The translations under genes were made by a program, and so were the position numbers. A DNA stretch of 64,000 nucleotides from a virus. The notes beneath the pieces are model-generated. The model was not told the DNA's origin and did not search any database. It saw nothing but the letters and a program-made list of their open reading frames with translations. This document shows, piece by piece, positions 39,495-49,424 of this stretch. Position 1 is the first letter of the stretch. Every line of letters begins with the position of its first letter. The stretch is taken from IMG/VR virus record IMGVR_UViG_3300031466_000074; one strand, 5' to 3'.

Positions 39495-40010
39495 TGGTGG
39501 AGTCGAGGGGATTCGAACCCCTGTCCGAACAACCTTCCTCAAGACCATTTATTGAGCGTAGCCTAGCACATTGGAAGGAGCCACCCATAAGTCGAATACC
39601 AAGGTCTTCTGATACTCGCTCTCTCCCAAGGGGAGAAATTAATGTGAGCCGTCTTGTCGGAGTCTTCGCTCCGAAAATCGCCGCATACCCCCAATCGCGT
39701 TACGCGAGACACTCACCGCCCGTACTTCGCGGGATACGGAACGCCCGTTTTGGTTCCCTTTCTCGGTATACCTCTCCGATAAGACCGCCACGTTCTTATC
39801 GGAAACCCCTAGTCAGTCTTTCCTGTCCGTCAGCCTTATCCTCGATCCGCAGGAGTTGGTAGGCGACCTCTCCGTTTAGGAGTAGCCGGATACGCTATCA
39901 GGCTACAGCGAGTTGTTCGTTGCCATTTAATTGGCGTTGCCCCGTAAGGTGGTTGCATACCGCTCAAAAGTCTTGCACCCAGTCGCCCGTCGAACCCAAA
40001 AGACGACCCC
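39495..40010 (-). ncRNA. ssrA: tmRNA (516 nt), tag (A)GNEQLAVA
   Basis: GGGGTCG/CGACTCC-ACCA with G3-U; T-arm; helix CAAGAC..TTGAGCG/CGCTCAA..GTCTTG; TTAAAT GGC AAC GAA CAA CTC GCT GTA GCC TGA TAG. Confidence 0.93.
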
Positions 40011-40018
40011 AAAACGGA

Positions 40019-40131
40019 GTCCGGGCTTGGAAGACATTTCCGCCGTCCTTGGAAGGAATCCACGCCTTCAGCCGTGCAGACTTGCCCTCAACAGAGGGGG
40101 TATTCCGCAAAACCGCTACACAAGCCCGGAC
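40019..40131 (-). ncRNA. 113-nt structured RNA candidate
   Basis: Perfect 11-bp closing helix GTCCGGGCTTG/CAAGCCCGGAC plus inner hairpins. Confidence 0.55.
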
Positions 40132-40133
40132 AT

Positions 40134-40194
40134 CGGCGCACCTTGGTGGATTCGAACCACCGACCACCCAAAGGGGTGCATCACCAATAGGTGC
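40134..40194 (-). ncRNA. 61-nt minimal tRNA-like element
   Basis: GCACCT/AGGTGC acceptor, GGTGG-TTCGAAT-CCACC T-arm, CACCC-CTTT-GGGTG arm, no D stem. Confidence 0.65.
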
Positions 40195-40415
40195 ATGATA
40201 GTGGGAGCGGCGCACCCGAAACAGCACCCAGTCCGCGCCAAACTGCGCCGACTCATTACGGCTACCGCGCCACCTCCCGCCGTCCGCCGGAGGACAAAGG
40301 GGAACTCTCCGAAACGCCGCCCTGCGCGTCAGAACCTGCCCCCGTCAGCAGTCCAACCCAACCGAGGTAAGCCACTCTACCTGCCGACCCGCCGCCCTCC
40401 AGCGGAACTGATGTC

Positions 40416-40444
40416 AGTATAACTCGGAAGTCGACGACGGTCAA
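40416..40444 (-). promoter_or_regulatory. sigmaA-type promoter of ncRNA/tmRNA operon
   Basis: TTGACC-17 bp-TATACT. Confidence 0.8.
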
Positions 40445-40493
40445 CACCTAGTTCGGAAGAAAATTAAAAAGTTTCGTAAAAATTTTCTAGGTG

Positions 40494-41531
40494 TCAAACG
40501 AAAGAAGCCCGAAACTCAAAGAAGTCGCGCTTGCCCGCCGCGTTTACCCCACTTTGATACGCCCCGTGGACTTGCACCGGGTACAGCAACGGTGCATAAG
40601 GGTTATGTGGGTAAAGGAAGTGTCCATCTCGAATTACCGAGTACAACGCTTCAACAATACCCCTCGTCGTCTTATACCGCTGATCCAACGGACGACGAAT
40701 GGCTTCAAAGACGTGTGAACCTTGCGTCGTTTTCAGACCGTAGTGGATGTTCCCATCCTTGATTACCTGAACCAACACAAAATCAAGCGGGTCACGCAAA
40801 TCATGCGTCGGACAAACCGTAAAAGTCAAACGCAACTCATTGTTGAGGAACGCCCGGTCAAAGAAAGACATCGTAAGGTTGCGGTAGTTAAACTGCAAGT
40901 TCTTCAACTCGCACTTATGGCTAAGGTTGGGGTTTGACGGATTATAATGCTTACTCCTTACCCCCGCTTCCTGTTCCATAGCGATCTTGGACGTAGACTT
41001 GGGAAGAACCTCATAAGTAGATTTGAAAACCAAGCCGTTGACCACCCAAACGTCGCTAAGATCTGGGTAGCCATTCTTTTCACCGCAGACAATGAAGTCT
41101 CCGTCGCCATGCTCTACCCCCGGTCGATTCGCTAGCAAAACGTCGCCCCACGCCGTCTTGACCTCAACCATCGCGCTCTTCGAAACCTGCATCGCATAAC
41201 AAGGGTTACCGGGCTTGGTCTTAACACGAAGCGGTCGATCCGGGATGAAATCCGCAGGAGTGAGCGGAGAACCATCCGGCTTAGTATAGGTCTTGCACAC
41301 CTTCTCCATCGGAGCAACCCACAACTCACCAACCGTACCCTTCAGAATGACGTCATTTTCCTTGGTGTTGTACGTCGCTCCTTCCAACACATTCGTTACC
41401 TGACGAGGACGGGAAGGCTTCATCACTTCAATGAAATACGCCTTCTTTTGTACCCGGTCGCAGGAGTTGAGAAAAATCTCCTTCAGCCTGTCATCGAACT
41501 TCATCACCTTACCTTGCGCCATAGCCGTCAT
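40494..41531 (-). CDS. PGDYG-like duplicated domain protein
   Basis: DVILKGTVGELW...KTY and GDFIVCG...WVVNGLVFKSTYE repeats. Confidence 0.55.
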   Translation of the reverse strand: MTAMAQGKVMKFDDRLKEIFLNSCDRVQKKAYFIEVMKPSRPRQVTNVLEGATYNTKENDVILKGTVGELWVAPMEKVCKTYTKPDGSPLTPADFIPDRPLRVKTKPGNPCYAMQVSKSAMVEVKTAWGDVLLANRPGVEHGDGDFIVCGEKNGYPDLSDVWVVNGLVFKSTYEVLPKSTSKIAMEQEAGVRSKHYNPSNPNLSHKCELKNLQFNYRNLTMSFFDRAFLNNELRLTFTVCPTHDLRDPLDFVLVQVIKDGNIHYGLKTTQGSHVFEAIRRPLDQRYKTTRGIVEALYSVIRDGHFLYPHNPYAPLLYPVQVHGAYQSGVNAAGKRDFFEFRASFV

Positions 41532-41739
41532 GATTCTAACCTCCTTTATTTATTTTTGTACCCAACCCAATCGCTCTCGTTGAACCTGTACCTCGCGCTC
41601 CATCACATTCACCTCACAGCGCGATTATACCAAAAATATAAGTTAGTCAGAAAATAAAAGGAACGACTTTACACAACGTACATAAACAGTCATAAAAAAA
41701 GAAGGCGGGATTACCCCGCCTCCTGCTTGATGTGCGAAT

Positions 41740-42570
41740 TTACTTGCCCAACACAGACCTACACAAAGTCTCGCTGGACGAAACGTCCTCAAGACGAGCG
41801 CAAATCAGACTGTCAATGATGTGTTGCCAATACTGCATATCCAACCCGTCCGCATAGTAGTAAAGAAACGACAACACCACCCGGAAATACGCCCGCTCAT
41901 GCTGAACCGAAGGCAGTTGCTTGACAACATACCCCAGCGCTTCATTGAAAGGAAGACCCCATGCCTCTCGGAAGAAAATCAGCACTTCGTCATAATGCTG
42001 TTTCGTGTAACCATAGCGCTCCGTCAGCTCTTCAGGCGTTGCGCTAAGACAAACCCGAATCAACTTCAAGGCATCGTCGCTATGCCGATACAGATGCTCC
42101 AGCCAATCCTTTACCGTAATCGGAATGTTGAGATGCGAATATGCCGAATTGAAGAAGAACGAAAACTCCAGCGAAAAATCAACACCGTATTCGTCCACTT
42201 TACCCCGAAGCTCCACCATCGGCTTTGCCAGCACTTCCGATGGAAGGGTGTTCAGATAGTTCTCGTACTTGGCATGTTGCTCCTCCATAAAATCAAGAAG
42301 TCGCACCATATCCGAAATTGAAAGGACAAATGCCGTTTCAAAATAGAGGTCTTTCAAACTGTCATCGAGCCGCGCCCGACCATCAGGATACGGCGACGAC
42401 CACGACAGCAGATAGCCGTACAACTCGTCGTGAATGCGTTGAAAATCCGTTTTCGGAATACCCCGCTTCTCGCAGAGCCGCCGCAGAGCTTCCGCCTCCG
42501 TGTAGATGCGAACTTCCGGGTAGTCCTTTACCGCACGTGGATTTTCAGTCGCTACATTTTCATTAGCCAC
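41740..42570 (-). CDS. hypothetical protein
   Basis: RBS GAAAGGAG before GTG. Confidence 0.65.
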   Translation of the reverse strand: MANENVATENPRAVKDYPEVRIYTEAEALRRLCEKRGIPKTDFQRIHDELYGYLLSWSSPYPDGRARLDDSLKDLYFETAFVLSISDMVRLLDFMEEQHAKYENYLNTLPSEVLAKPMVELRGKVDEYGVDFSLEFSFFFNSAYSHLNIPITVKDWLEHLYRHSDDALKLIRVCLSATPEELTERYGYTKQHYDEVLIFFREAWGLPFNEALGYVVKQLPSVQHERAYFRVVLSFLYYYADGLDMQYWQHIIDSLICARLEDVSSSETLCRSVLGK

Positions 42571-42665
42571 CGAGAAATCACTCCTTTCATAGTACACTCT
42601 TATTTTAACTTCACAGTCATATAACGTCAATAACAGTCCAAATAAGAAAGAGATAGCCACGAAAG

Positions 42666-43391
42666 CTATCGCTTATTAAAGGAGCCGCTACCTTCGAAAA
42701 GTTCAGGCTCCGGCACTTCATTACCCCCACTAAACCAGTCAAAATCGAGATCAAAGTCATCGTTCGAATTATCGTCGTCCCAACCACTCGAAGGTAGATC
42801 GTACTGATCTCCACGCTTAGTGAAAGAACCGCTACCACCCGTAGTTGGCTCATCTACCGACCAATCTTCATAAGACTTCGACTTAGACCTAGTATCAGAG
42901 CGCGTGTCATAGTCATGATCGTAGTCGTAATCGTAATTGGAGTCTACTTCATCCCCAACGGCATCCCCAAGCTCCAAAAGCACATATAACAACATTTTGA
43001 GCATATCACGGCGTTGCTCTGGATTATACTTGGAATCTACCGTAATCAAGGACTCCGTAGGTGACCGTTCCGCTACCCCAACCGTGGAGCGGGGATACGT
43101 CAGCACATAATGCTTGGAAGACCGCATCTCCACGTTTTCCGGCTCATGTGCGGAGATAATATCCTCATAGACCTCATGAAAAGGTCGATCAGCGTAATAC
43201 ACACTAAAAGAACCAGAATCAGTCTGTTGAGAACTTTCCTTCACATAAGTTTGGTCGATATAGTCCTCAACCTTATCTCGACCCCCGGTGGCGATAAAAG
43301 CGATAAGCAAAACCACCGCCATGACCGCCAGAACGCCGATGCGAAGCTGGTTAAAACTCATACCAGTCGAAGGACGAAAACCACCCTTCAT
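42666..43391 (-). CDS. DUF4247-like membrane-anchored protein
   Basis: TM then YIDQTY...Y; acidic tail; context behind pspA. Confidence 0.55.
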   Translation of the reverse strand: MKGGFRPSTGMSFNQLRIGVLAVMAVVLLIAFIATGGRDKVEDYIDQTYVKESSQQTDSGSFSVYYADRPFHEVYEDIISAHEPENVEMRSSKHYVLTYPRSTVGVAERSPTESLITVDSKYNPEQRRDMLKMLLYVLLELGDAVGDEVDSNYDYDYDHDYDTRSDTRSKSKSYEDWSVDEPTTGGSGSFTKRGDQYDLPSSGWDDDNSNDDFDLDFDWFSGGNEVPEPELFEGSGSFNKR

Positions 43392-43419
43392 ACCATCACC
43401 TGCAAATTCAAATTTACGC

Positions 43420-43968
43420 TTATGCTTGCGGCGAACCCACCTTCATGATCTTAAACGCCGCTGAGGGGAGCCGTTCTGCTTCAAGCGCCACAAACTTCCC
43501 ATCCTGCCACTGCAGAATGAAATAGCTATCCTTGTCCGTACCCCCGAGATACCGCCAGTAAATCACCCGGTCATGGGAGCGGAAATCGGTACTGCCCTTC
43601 GTAACCACCTGATCCTTGCGATACCACTCCAACCGATACGGAACCCCGCTAACGTTAAGTTGCGTCGGTACTTTTTGCGGATTGTCCAAGGAACCTTCAA
43701 CAAATCGAGCAAACAAGGCTTCCAATGAACGCCCCCGCTCAAGAATCAAACACGCTTGCTCCGAACCAGACTGCAAATAATACGCAAAGCGATGCGGGGT
43801 ATGACCGGGATCAAAGTAAGCCACCGTCCCGATGACCGTCCAATGCGTAAGATCAAGATCAATAATGTCACCGGGAACCACGTCTTCTTGCGACGAATCG
43901 ATACTCGGTACCCCCGGTTCCGCTTTACGCGAACGCCACAAATTTTTCAAGCGAGAAAATACCCCCAC
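43420..43968 (-). CDS. DUF4178-like protein
   Basis: PGDII..W.VIG..Y; VPTQL..GVPYRL; YWRY; EWQDG-like LQWQDG. Confidence 0.65.
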   Translation of the reverse strand: MGVFSRLKNLWRSRKAEPGVPSIDSSQEDVVPGDIIDLDLTHWTVIGTVAYFDPGHTPHRFAYYLQSGSEQACLILERGRSLEALFARFVEGSLDNPQKVPTQLNVSGVPYRLEWYRKDQVVTKGSTDFRSHDRVIYWRYLGGTDKDSYFILQWQDGKFVALEAERLPSAAFKIMKVGSPQA

Positions 43969-44041
43969 TGCGGAAGCCTCCTTTCAAGGACATAAAAGAA
44001 GGGCTGTACCGAAAAGTACAACCCTTCTGCCGTGAGACGGA

Positions 44042-44734
44042 TTAGGCTTGCGGTTGCCCACTCTTCTTCGCGGCAACCCGTGCGCGAAGGGCTTCGAGTT
44101 CATCGTCAATGCCGCTATCCTTGTTGAGTTCCGCAAGCTCAGCGTCCAGATCTTTGGTATCACCGCGAAGCTCCATCCCCGCTTGCGCTTCCGCCTCCAT
44201 ACGAGCGACCTTGTCCATCATGCGGTCGATGCCCGCCTTGGTACCATCCACGTTGAAGGAGGACATACTGTCGTTGATGGATTTCTGGGCTTTAGCGGCT
44301 TCGGCGCGGGCAACCAGCATATCACGCTTGCTTCTCAGCGAATTGTACTGATCTTTCATTTCCTGCAGTTGCGCCTTCAGCTTGTCAGCCGCCGCCCGAG
44401 CCGTTTCATACTGCGGCTTCAGTGCGTCCACTTTGGATTGATGCTCACGCTTATCTTGCAGAGCGCGACGAGCCAGATCCTCCTTACCCTGCTCCATCGC
44501 TTGCAAAGCCTGTTCGTCGCGGCGTTGCACCATCTGCTCGGCTTCTTTCAGTTGCTGTTCGAAGCGATTGGCGATGGCGATTTGCTTGGCGACCGCGCCT
44601 TCGATATCGCGGATGTCCTCTGCCATGTCACGCAAATACTGATCCGTCATTTTAACCGGATCTTCCGCCTTGTCGATCAGCGCATTGATGTTGGAGAGGG
44701 TGAGAGATTTCAAACGTTTGAAGATGCTCAACAA
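44042..44734 (-). CDS. pspA: PspA/IM30 family protein
   Basis: IFKRLK..SNINALIDKAEDPVKM.DQYLRDM; EDLARRAL; coiled coil. Confidence 0.93.
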   Translation of the reverse strand: MLSIFKRLKSLTLSNINALIDKAEDPVKMTDQYLRDMAEDIRDIEGAVAKQIAIANRFEQQLKEAEQMVQRRDEQALQAMEQGKEDLARRALQDKREHQSKVDALKPQYETARAAADKLKAQLQEMKDQYNSLRSKRDMLVARAEAAKAQKSINDSMSSFNVDGTKAGIDRMMDKVARMEAEAQAGMELRGDTKDLDAELAELNKDSGIDDELEALRARVAAKKSGQPQA

Positions 44735-44850
44735 GATCGCCTCCTAAAAATAGTATCAAATAAGAATAACTACTCCTACAATTTTTGTCTGGTGTTTTCT
44801 CCGAAAAGGATCGGAAGTATTAAATAAAAACAAGTTGTCCCAATTAACAG

Positions 44851-45666
44851 TTACTCCATAGTCCCAATATACCACTTCATATGCTTAGACTTGTCAGTAA
44901 TCAAACTATTTACCAAATCCGCGAGAATTTCAGTCGTGTCCTCATCATCATGAAAGTCGCTGTAATAGAGCAGACTACCTGTTAAGCTAGGTGCGAAGTA
45001 ATTCGCATATATCTTTCCGACTCGACTATACAAGGCAAAGTATTTGATCAACTCGTCCTTTGACGGAAACTCCTCAAAATACCCCACATCCAGCTGGAGC
45101 GAAGTTACGCCCAATGTTGTCAATGGGTAAAGCCGCTCGGCTTCGAGATAGGCATTCGGATTCGCATCGCGGATCACAATATTGATTACTACACTCATGT
45201 CCTCTCTAGAATCAAAATCATAAGAAGCCAAACCCTCGGCAGAAACGAACTCTCCCGTATCGAACTGATCATCGTAAACGTGTACCCACGCGAAATAGTT
45301 ACCCTCTCCATAAGTCTCGTCCAAATACTTCTTTACATACCGAGAATAAAAGTCCTTACCCAACTTTTCAGACACATAAGTGCTATGCTCCCTCCCAAAA
45401 CGACCCTCAGCTCCGACACGGAAGTAAACATCATCACTCGGAGAATAAACCAAAGCCCCCTCCGGTACAAGACCGAAATAATACTCCTTGGAATAATAAG
45501 GCTCCACAATTTCAATATCGATCCCATAGGCGCTTTTATGCCTTTTCTTATACTCCGAAAGCAAATCGAACTCCGACCACCCAACAAAACAATAAATCAA
45601 GTACCCCCAGAGGGCGGCGGGAACCGTCAGAAGGGCTATCCACTTAAACGCTGTACGCGCCATCAA
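44851..45666 (-). CDS. hypothetical membrane-anchored protein
   Basis: N-terminal TM helix. Confidence 0.65.
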   Translation of the reverse strand: MMARTAFKWIALLTVPAALWGYLIYCFVGWSEFDLLSEYKKRHKSAYGIDIEIVEPYYSKEYYFGLVPEGALVYSPSDDVYFRVGAEGRFGREHSTYVSEKLGKDFYSRYVKKYLDETYGEGNYFAWVHVYDDQFDTGEFVSAEGLASYDFDSREDMSVVINIVIRDANPNAYLEAERLYPLTTLGVTSLQLDVGYFEEFPSKDELIKYFALYSRVGKIYANYFAPSLTGSLLYYSDFHDDEDTTEILADLVNSLITDKSKHMKWYIGTME

Positions 45667-45727
45667 CTGACACCCCTTTGCAGTTTCAATTTATCCACTT
45701 ACTACTCACAACCTGTGGATAAGTCAA

Positions 45728-46576
45728 CTACTTAGACTTAGCCTTCAATCGTACAAAATTACCCATAACTTCAAAAGTTTCTGTAACGTTCACAAAAGCG
45801 GCAGGGTCAACCTGTTGCACGAGTTCCTTTAACATCGAAAGCTCATAACGCGTGGTGACCGTCATGATCATATCCCGCTTGGCTCCAGTAAACGCCCCTT
45901 CCGTAGGAATAAGCGTAACACCCCGCTGGTGGGCTTTCTGTAAGGCTTCTACAAGCTCGGCAGACTTATCGGAGACGATGTACATGGTGACCTTCTCATT
46001 CTCGGTGTAAATAACATTGGCGACACGACCCGTGACGTAAATACAAACTGCCGAGTACAAACCCGTGTTCCAATCATTTTGAATGAATGCAAAACCAAGA
46101 ACAATGAAGACGTTAACGCAAGTCGTAATCAACCCAACCGAAACATCCCGATAATGAGAAACAATCGCCGCCAACACCTCCAAACCACCAGTGGAACCAC
46201 CAACCTTAAGCGAAAGTCCGACTCCGGCTCCCAACAATACCCCCGCGTAAACCGCCGACAGGAGCGGATCATCAGCGACAGGAAGAATAGGTATGACTTT
46301 CATAGACAGGGTTGTAGCGATAACCGATATAATGCTGTAAGCGATGAAACGTCCACCAAGCATAAAGAAACCCAAGATGAGGATTGGTACGTTCAGCGCA
46401 AAGTAGTAGATATACGCATCATGGTTGGTTAAATGCCCGATGATCATTGAAATACCGGATACACCACCATTCAACAATTTGTGTGGTTGTAAAAAGAGGT
46501 TTACTCCACTAGAAAACAACACCGATGCGAACAAAAGAATGAAAATGCGAAACGTATGCTTAACAACTTTTTTCAT
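45728..46576 (-). CDS. YitT family membrane protein
   Basis: GGVSGIS, NVP, GGSTGG, RGVT..EGAFTG and DPAAFV motifs. Confidence 0.9.
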   Translation of the reverse strand: MKKVVKHTFRIFILLFASVLFSSGVNLFLQPHKLLNGGVSGISMIIGHLTNHDAYIYYFALNVPILILGFFMLGGRFIAYSIISVIATTLSMKVIPILPVADDPLLSAVYAGVLLGAGVGLSLKVGGSTGGLEVLAAIVSHYRDVSVGLITTCVNVFIVLGFAFIQNDWNTGLYSAVCIYVTGRVANVIYTENEKVTMYIVSDKSAELVEALQKAHQRGVTLIPTEGAFTGAKRDMIMTVTTRYELSMLKELVQQVDPAAFVNVTETFEVMGNFVRLKAKSK

Positions 46577-46698
46577 ACAAAATTCCCCTCAAAACAAAGA
46601 GTATAAGAGCCTACAGATAATAGACTTAGATTACTTTTCCTATTCACAAAAAGAAAAGTACCGACAAACCGTCGATACTTTCAGTACCCCTCACGCTG

Positions 46699-47031
46699 TT
46701 AATGATAAAGATACACCACAACGGACTGATTCAGACTCAACTCAACATCATTGAGGACTTGAAAGAATACCACTTGCGATTCGTACATATCCTGTTGATT
46801 TGGTATCGTACGTCCGCGAGTATGTGCGTGAATAATCGCCTTACTGACATGCCTCTTCTTCCGAATCTCACCCTGCACCCGAAGAAGGGAATAGTTAACA
46901 AAATAACGTGACCTCGAACCAACAATGCAGAGTCGATTCCGATGATCCCGACAGACAACAAAAGACTCAAACATACGTCGACGCTGAACATCATCCAGAG
47001 AAAAGCGACCGAGTTCTTCAAAACCGTGCAA
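46699..47031 (-). CDS. possible JAB/MPN-like domain protein
   Basis: E...IIHAHT....PNQQD resembles HxHx7SxxD. Confidence 0.4.
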   Translation of the reverse strand: MHGFEELGRFSLDDVQRRRMFESFVVCRDHRNRLCIVGSRSRYFVNYSLLRVQGEIRKKRHVSKAIIHAHTRGRTIPNQQDMYESQVVFFQVLNDVELSLNQSVVVYLYH

Positions 47032-47058
47032 GATTACCCCTCCTCGGGGAGCGAATTC

Positions 47059-47400
47059 TTAGTTCAGCTCCACTACAGTATATCCCGCTTGACGGAGCCA
47101 GTCCGCAACCAGATGGCGGTGACAAAACTTGCCCGGTGCTTCATAACAAACCAAGATAGGATTTTCGCCCAACTCCTGCACCACTTGATGCGGGTCAAGT
47201 CGGTTAAGCTGTTGAGCAAACTCACGAATATACCCCTCTGTGTCGTTCGTCGACTTCACATACGACAAAAGTGCCGGAGAAGGAGCAAGTTTATGATAAA
47301 GACGTCCCGGAAAGCCCGGCGGCGTATATCGAGCGATAGAAACAAGATTGAGCGAAGGATCAAGTTTCTTCGCGTGTGCAAAATAAGTGGTCTTAATCAT
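47059..47400 (-). CDS. DUF488-like protein
   Basis: SIARYTP, LAPS..LL, LVCYE..GKFCHRHLVADWL. Confidence 0.75.
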   Translation of the reverse strand: MIKTTYFAHAKKLDPSLNLVSIARYTPPGFPGRLYHKLAPSPALLSYVKSTNDTEGYIREFAQQLNRLDPHQVVQELGENPILVCYEAPGKFCHRHLVADWLRQAGYTVVELN

Positions 47401-47497
47401 CGTTGTTTACCCCATTCCTAAAATGACGTTGAACACCCAAAACTGCCAGCGGCTTATCATATACTTAAATAAACCCGGCTTTTTCATAAACAAAAGA

Positions 47498-48112
47498 TCA
47501 CCTCTGTGTGTCATTACGTTTCGCTTCTTGAATAAAGCGAACGATGTCTGGAGCATACTCTATATTCGAGATAAGCAGACGATGATAACGATCCGCTGTC
47601 GTTAACGTAATATCCCCCAGACCAAGATTCGCTTGAGCATTAGACTGCGAAAACTCTACCCCCAAAATGTCCTTGTACGAAATGGACTTAAAGTTAAGAC
47701 GACGAAACCCCTCTACATACTCTACCCGGTCTCGATAAAACCGATAAACCGTGCGCTCATTCATTCGCTTAAGATGCCGATAAATCAAACGAGCAACAAC
47801 GCAGAAGATCACGACTGGAAATAACGATGTCACCGTCATAAAGAGCTGAGCAAGTTGCTCTGATTCGATATTCTTGCCCTCCAGATACCCAAAATACTCG
47901 TCGAACTTTCCGAAGTCCAACGTGGTGATAACCACCACAAGGATGAGGGCGGTAAAAAGAAAACCCAACCCTCCAAGAATGAATGGCGTTGCAAAGCCCG
48001 CAAGAAAGCAAGAAATCAACAGACTCAACTTCCAACGAAAGACTGGACGCACCTCAAATACCGGGCGCTCTGTAGAAAAGAGACTTTCAACCATCAAGTT
48101 CGAGTTATCCAA
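47498..48112 (-). CDS. membrane protein with bacterial PH-like domain
   Basis: Two TM; YRFYRDRVEY.EG...ISYKDI.GV..SQ...LGLGDITL. Confidence 0.7.
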   Translation of the reverse strand: MDNSNLMVESLFSTERPVFEVRPVFRWKLSLLISCFLAGFATPFILGGLGFLFTALILVVVITTLDFGKFDEYFGYLEGKNIESEQLAQLFMTVTSLFPVVIFCVVARLIYRHLKRMNERTVYRFYRDRVEYVEGFRRLNFKSISYKDILGVEFSQSNAQANLGLGDITLTTADRYHRLLISNIEYAPDIVRFIQEAKRNDTQR

Positions 48113-48612
48113 CGAAATCCACCCCCAACGTTTTCCCATTACTCTGTATACCATCAGGTCGCAGGAACCAATACCAAGATGACCGTTTCCGACCAAAAAG
48201 CACGCAAAACCAAACCATTAGGACGATGCACCGCATAAGTCAAAGACCCAGACTCACCCAACATAAAAGGCGTCCGATACCCCGACAGGGGTGCCAAGCG
48301 TAGTACAAATAATGCGTTGCTTGAGGGGCAAAAGAAGGTACCGCAAAACCGTATGCTTCACAAAGCAAGCGCAAGTCCGATTCAGACAGCTTTTGCAACG
48401 GACTTGTTTGTGTTAAATCTCTAGCTACTACGTCTGATGGAGACATACCACAGTGTGAACTGTGAAATAACTCCAAAAGTTTGTTAGAAGTCATACGGCT
48501 ACCCCTCAATATACTTCAACTTAAAAGAAAACACCTACGCCATGAAAGCGTAGGTGCTAGATACGCTCTTAAGAAACAACGTTATTCTCCTCCAAAAAGT
48601 ACAGTTCCAGAC

Positions 48613-48870
48613 TCAAGGTGTAGACAGTAGTTTCTCATAATGCGCATTAAGGTCAGCAACTGTATCGAAAGACAGATAGGCAGACAATTCGATCTTCACA
48701 TTCCCGAAGATCTCAATGTCCGAAAGAAGCTCTTTAATGAGAAGCTCACTCAAATCCCCCGCACCGGGCTTCAAACCTAGCGATGCTAACGTGGTGTCAG
48801 GTTTAATATCGCTTACCCCCACGCGCCCATAAATCGCTAATAAGCCTACCAGCGCTTGGTTCATACGCAC
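48613..48870 (-). CDS. acyl-carrier-protein-like small acidic protein
   Basis: IKPDTTLASLG...IE..NVKI...FDTVADL pattern; DSL motif not intact. Confidence 0.4.
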   Translation of the reverse strand: MRMNQALVGLLAIYGRVGVSDIKPDTTLASLGLKPGAGDLSELLIKELLSDIEIFGNVKIELSAYLSFDTVADLNAHYEKLLSTP

Positions 48871-49208
48871 TCACCTCCATCTGATCTAAGAAAAGTATAA
48901 AATGTGCCTTGAAAAAGATCAAACGAAGGTCAAGTATGCAAAAATATTTTTGCGTTCGAGGTATATTTTGTTCCTATCGAGCATATACATGTCCGAAGTC
49001 TGGACAAGCATGTTTACAGTCCTATATACTATGTTTGAAGTCATTGGAAAAGAAGGACAAAAGAATACCCGCCCGTGACGTTACCATAGGCAGGGATCGT
49101 AGGAGAGATTAAAGTTGCGGGAATGCGGAAGCATACGTAAAGAGAAGAAAGCTAACAAAACGAAAAGGGGTTCCGTCAAAGGGAACCCCGAAATGGCGAA
49201 AAAATGGA

Positions 49209-49424
49209 CTACAATTTAACGACGTCCGCCGCTTGCTTACCCTTTTTCCCATCAACAATGTTGAACTCGACGGACTGCCCTTGCTCCAACGTTCGGAAAC
49301 CCTTGCCAACGATGGCGCTGTAATGGACGAAAACGTCCGCGCCGTCTTCGACTTGAATGAAGCCGTACCCCTTCTCTGCATTGAACCACTTGACTGTACC
49401 TTTCACTTTACCTGCATTTGCCAT
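49209..49424 (-). CDS. cold shock protein (CspA family)
   Basis: [24 protein letters not shown]. Confidence 0.96.
   Translation of the reverse strand: MANAGKVKGTVKWFNAEKGYGFIQVEDGADVFVHYSAIVGKGFRTLEQGQSVEFNIVDGKKGKQAADVVKL

Noticed and set aside
39560-39880. Group I intron explaining tmRNA length
   Set aside because: The excess is only ~150 nt, no P7/catalytic core was recognised, and the T-loop is uninterrupted
40200-40410. RNase P RNA or SRP RNA
   Set aside because: No GAGGAAAGUCC P4 or CAGG/GGAA/AGCAG domain IV signatures found
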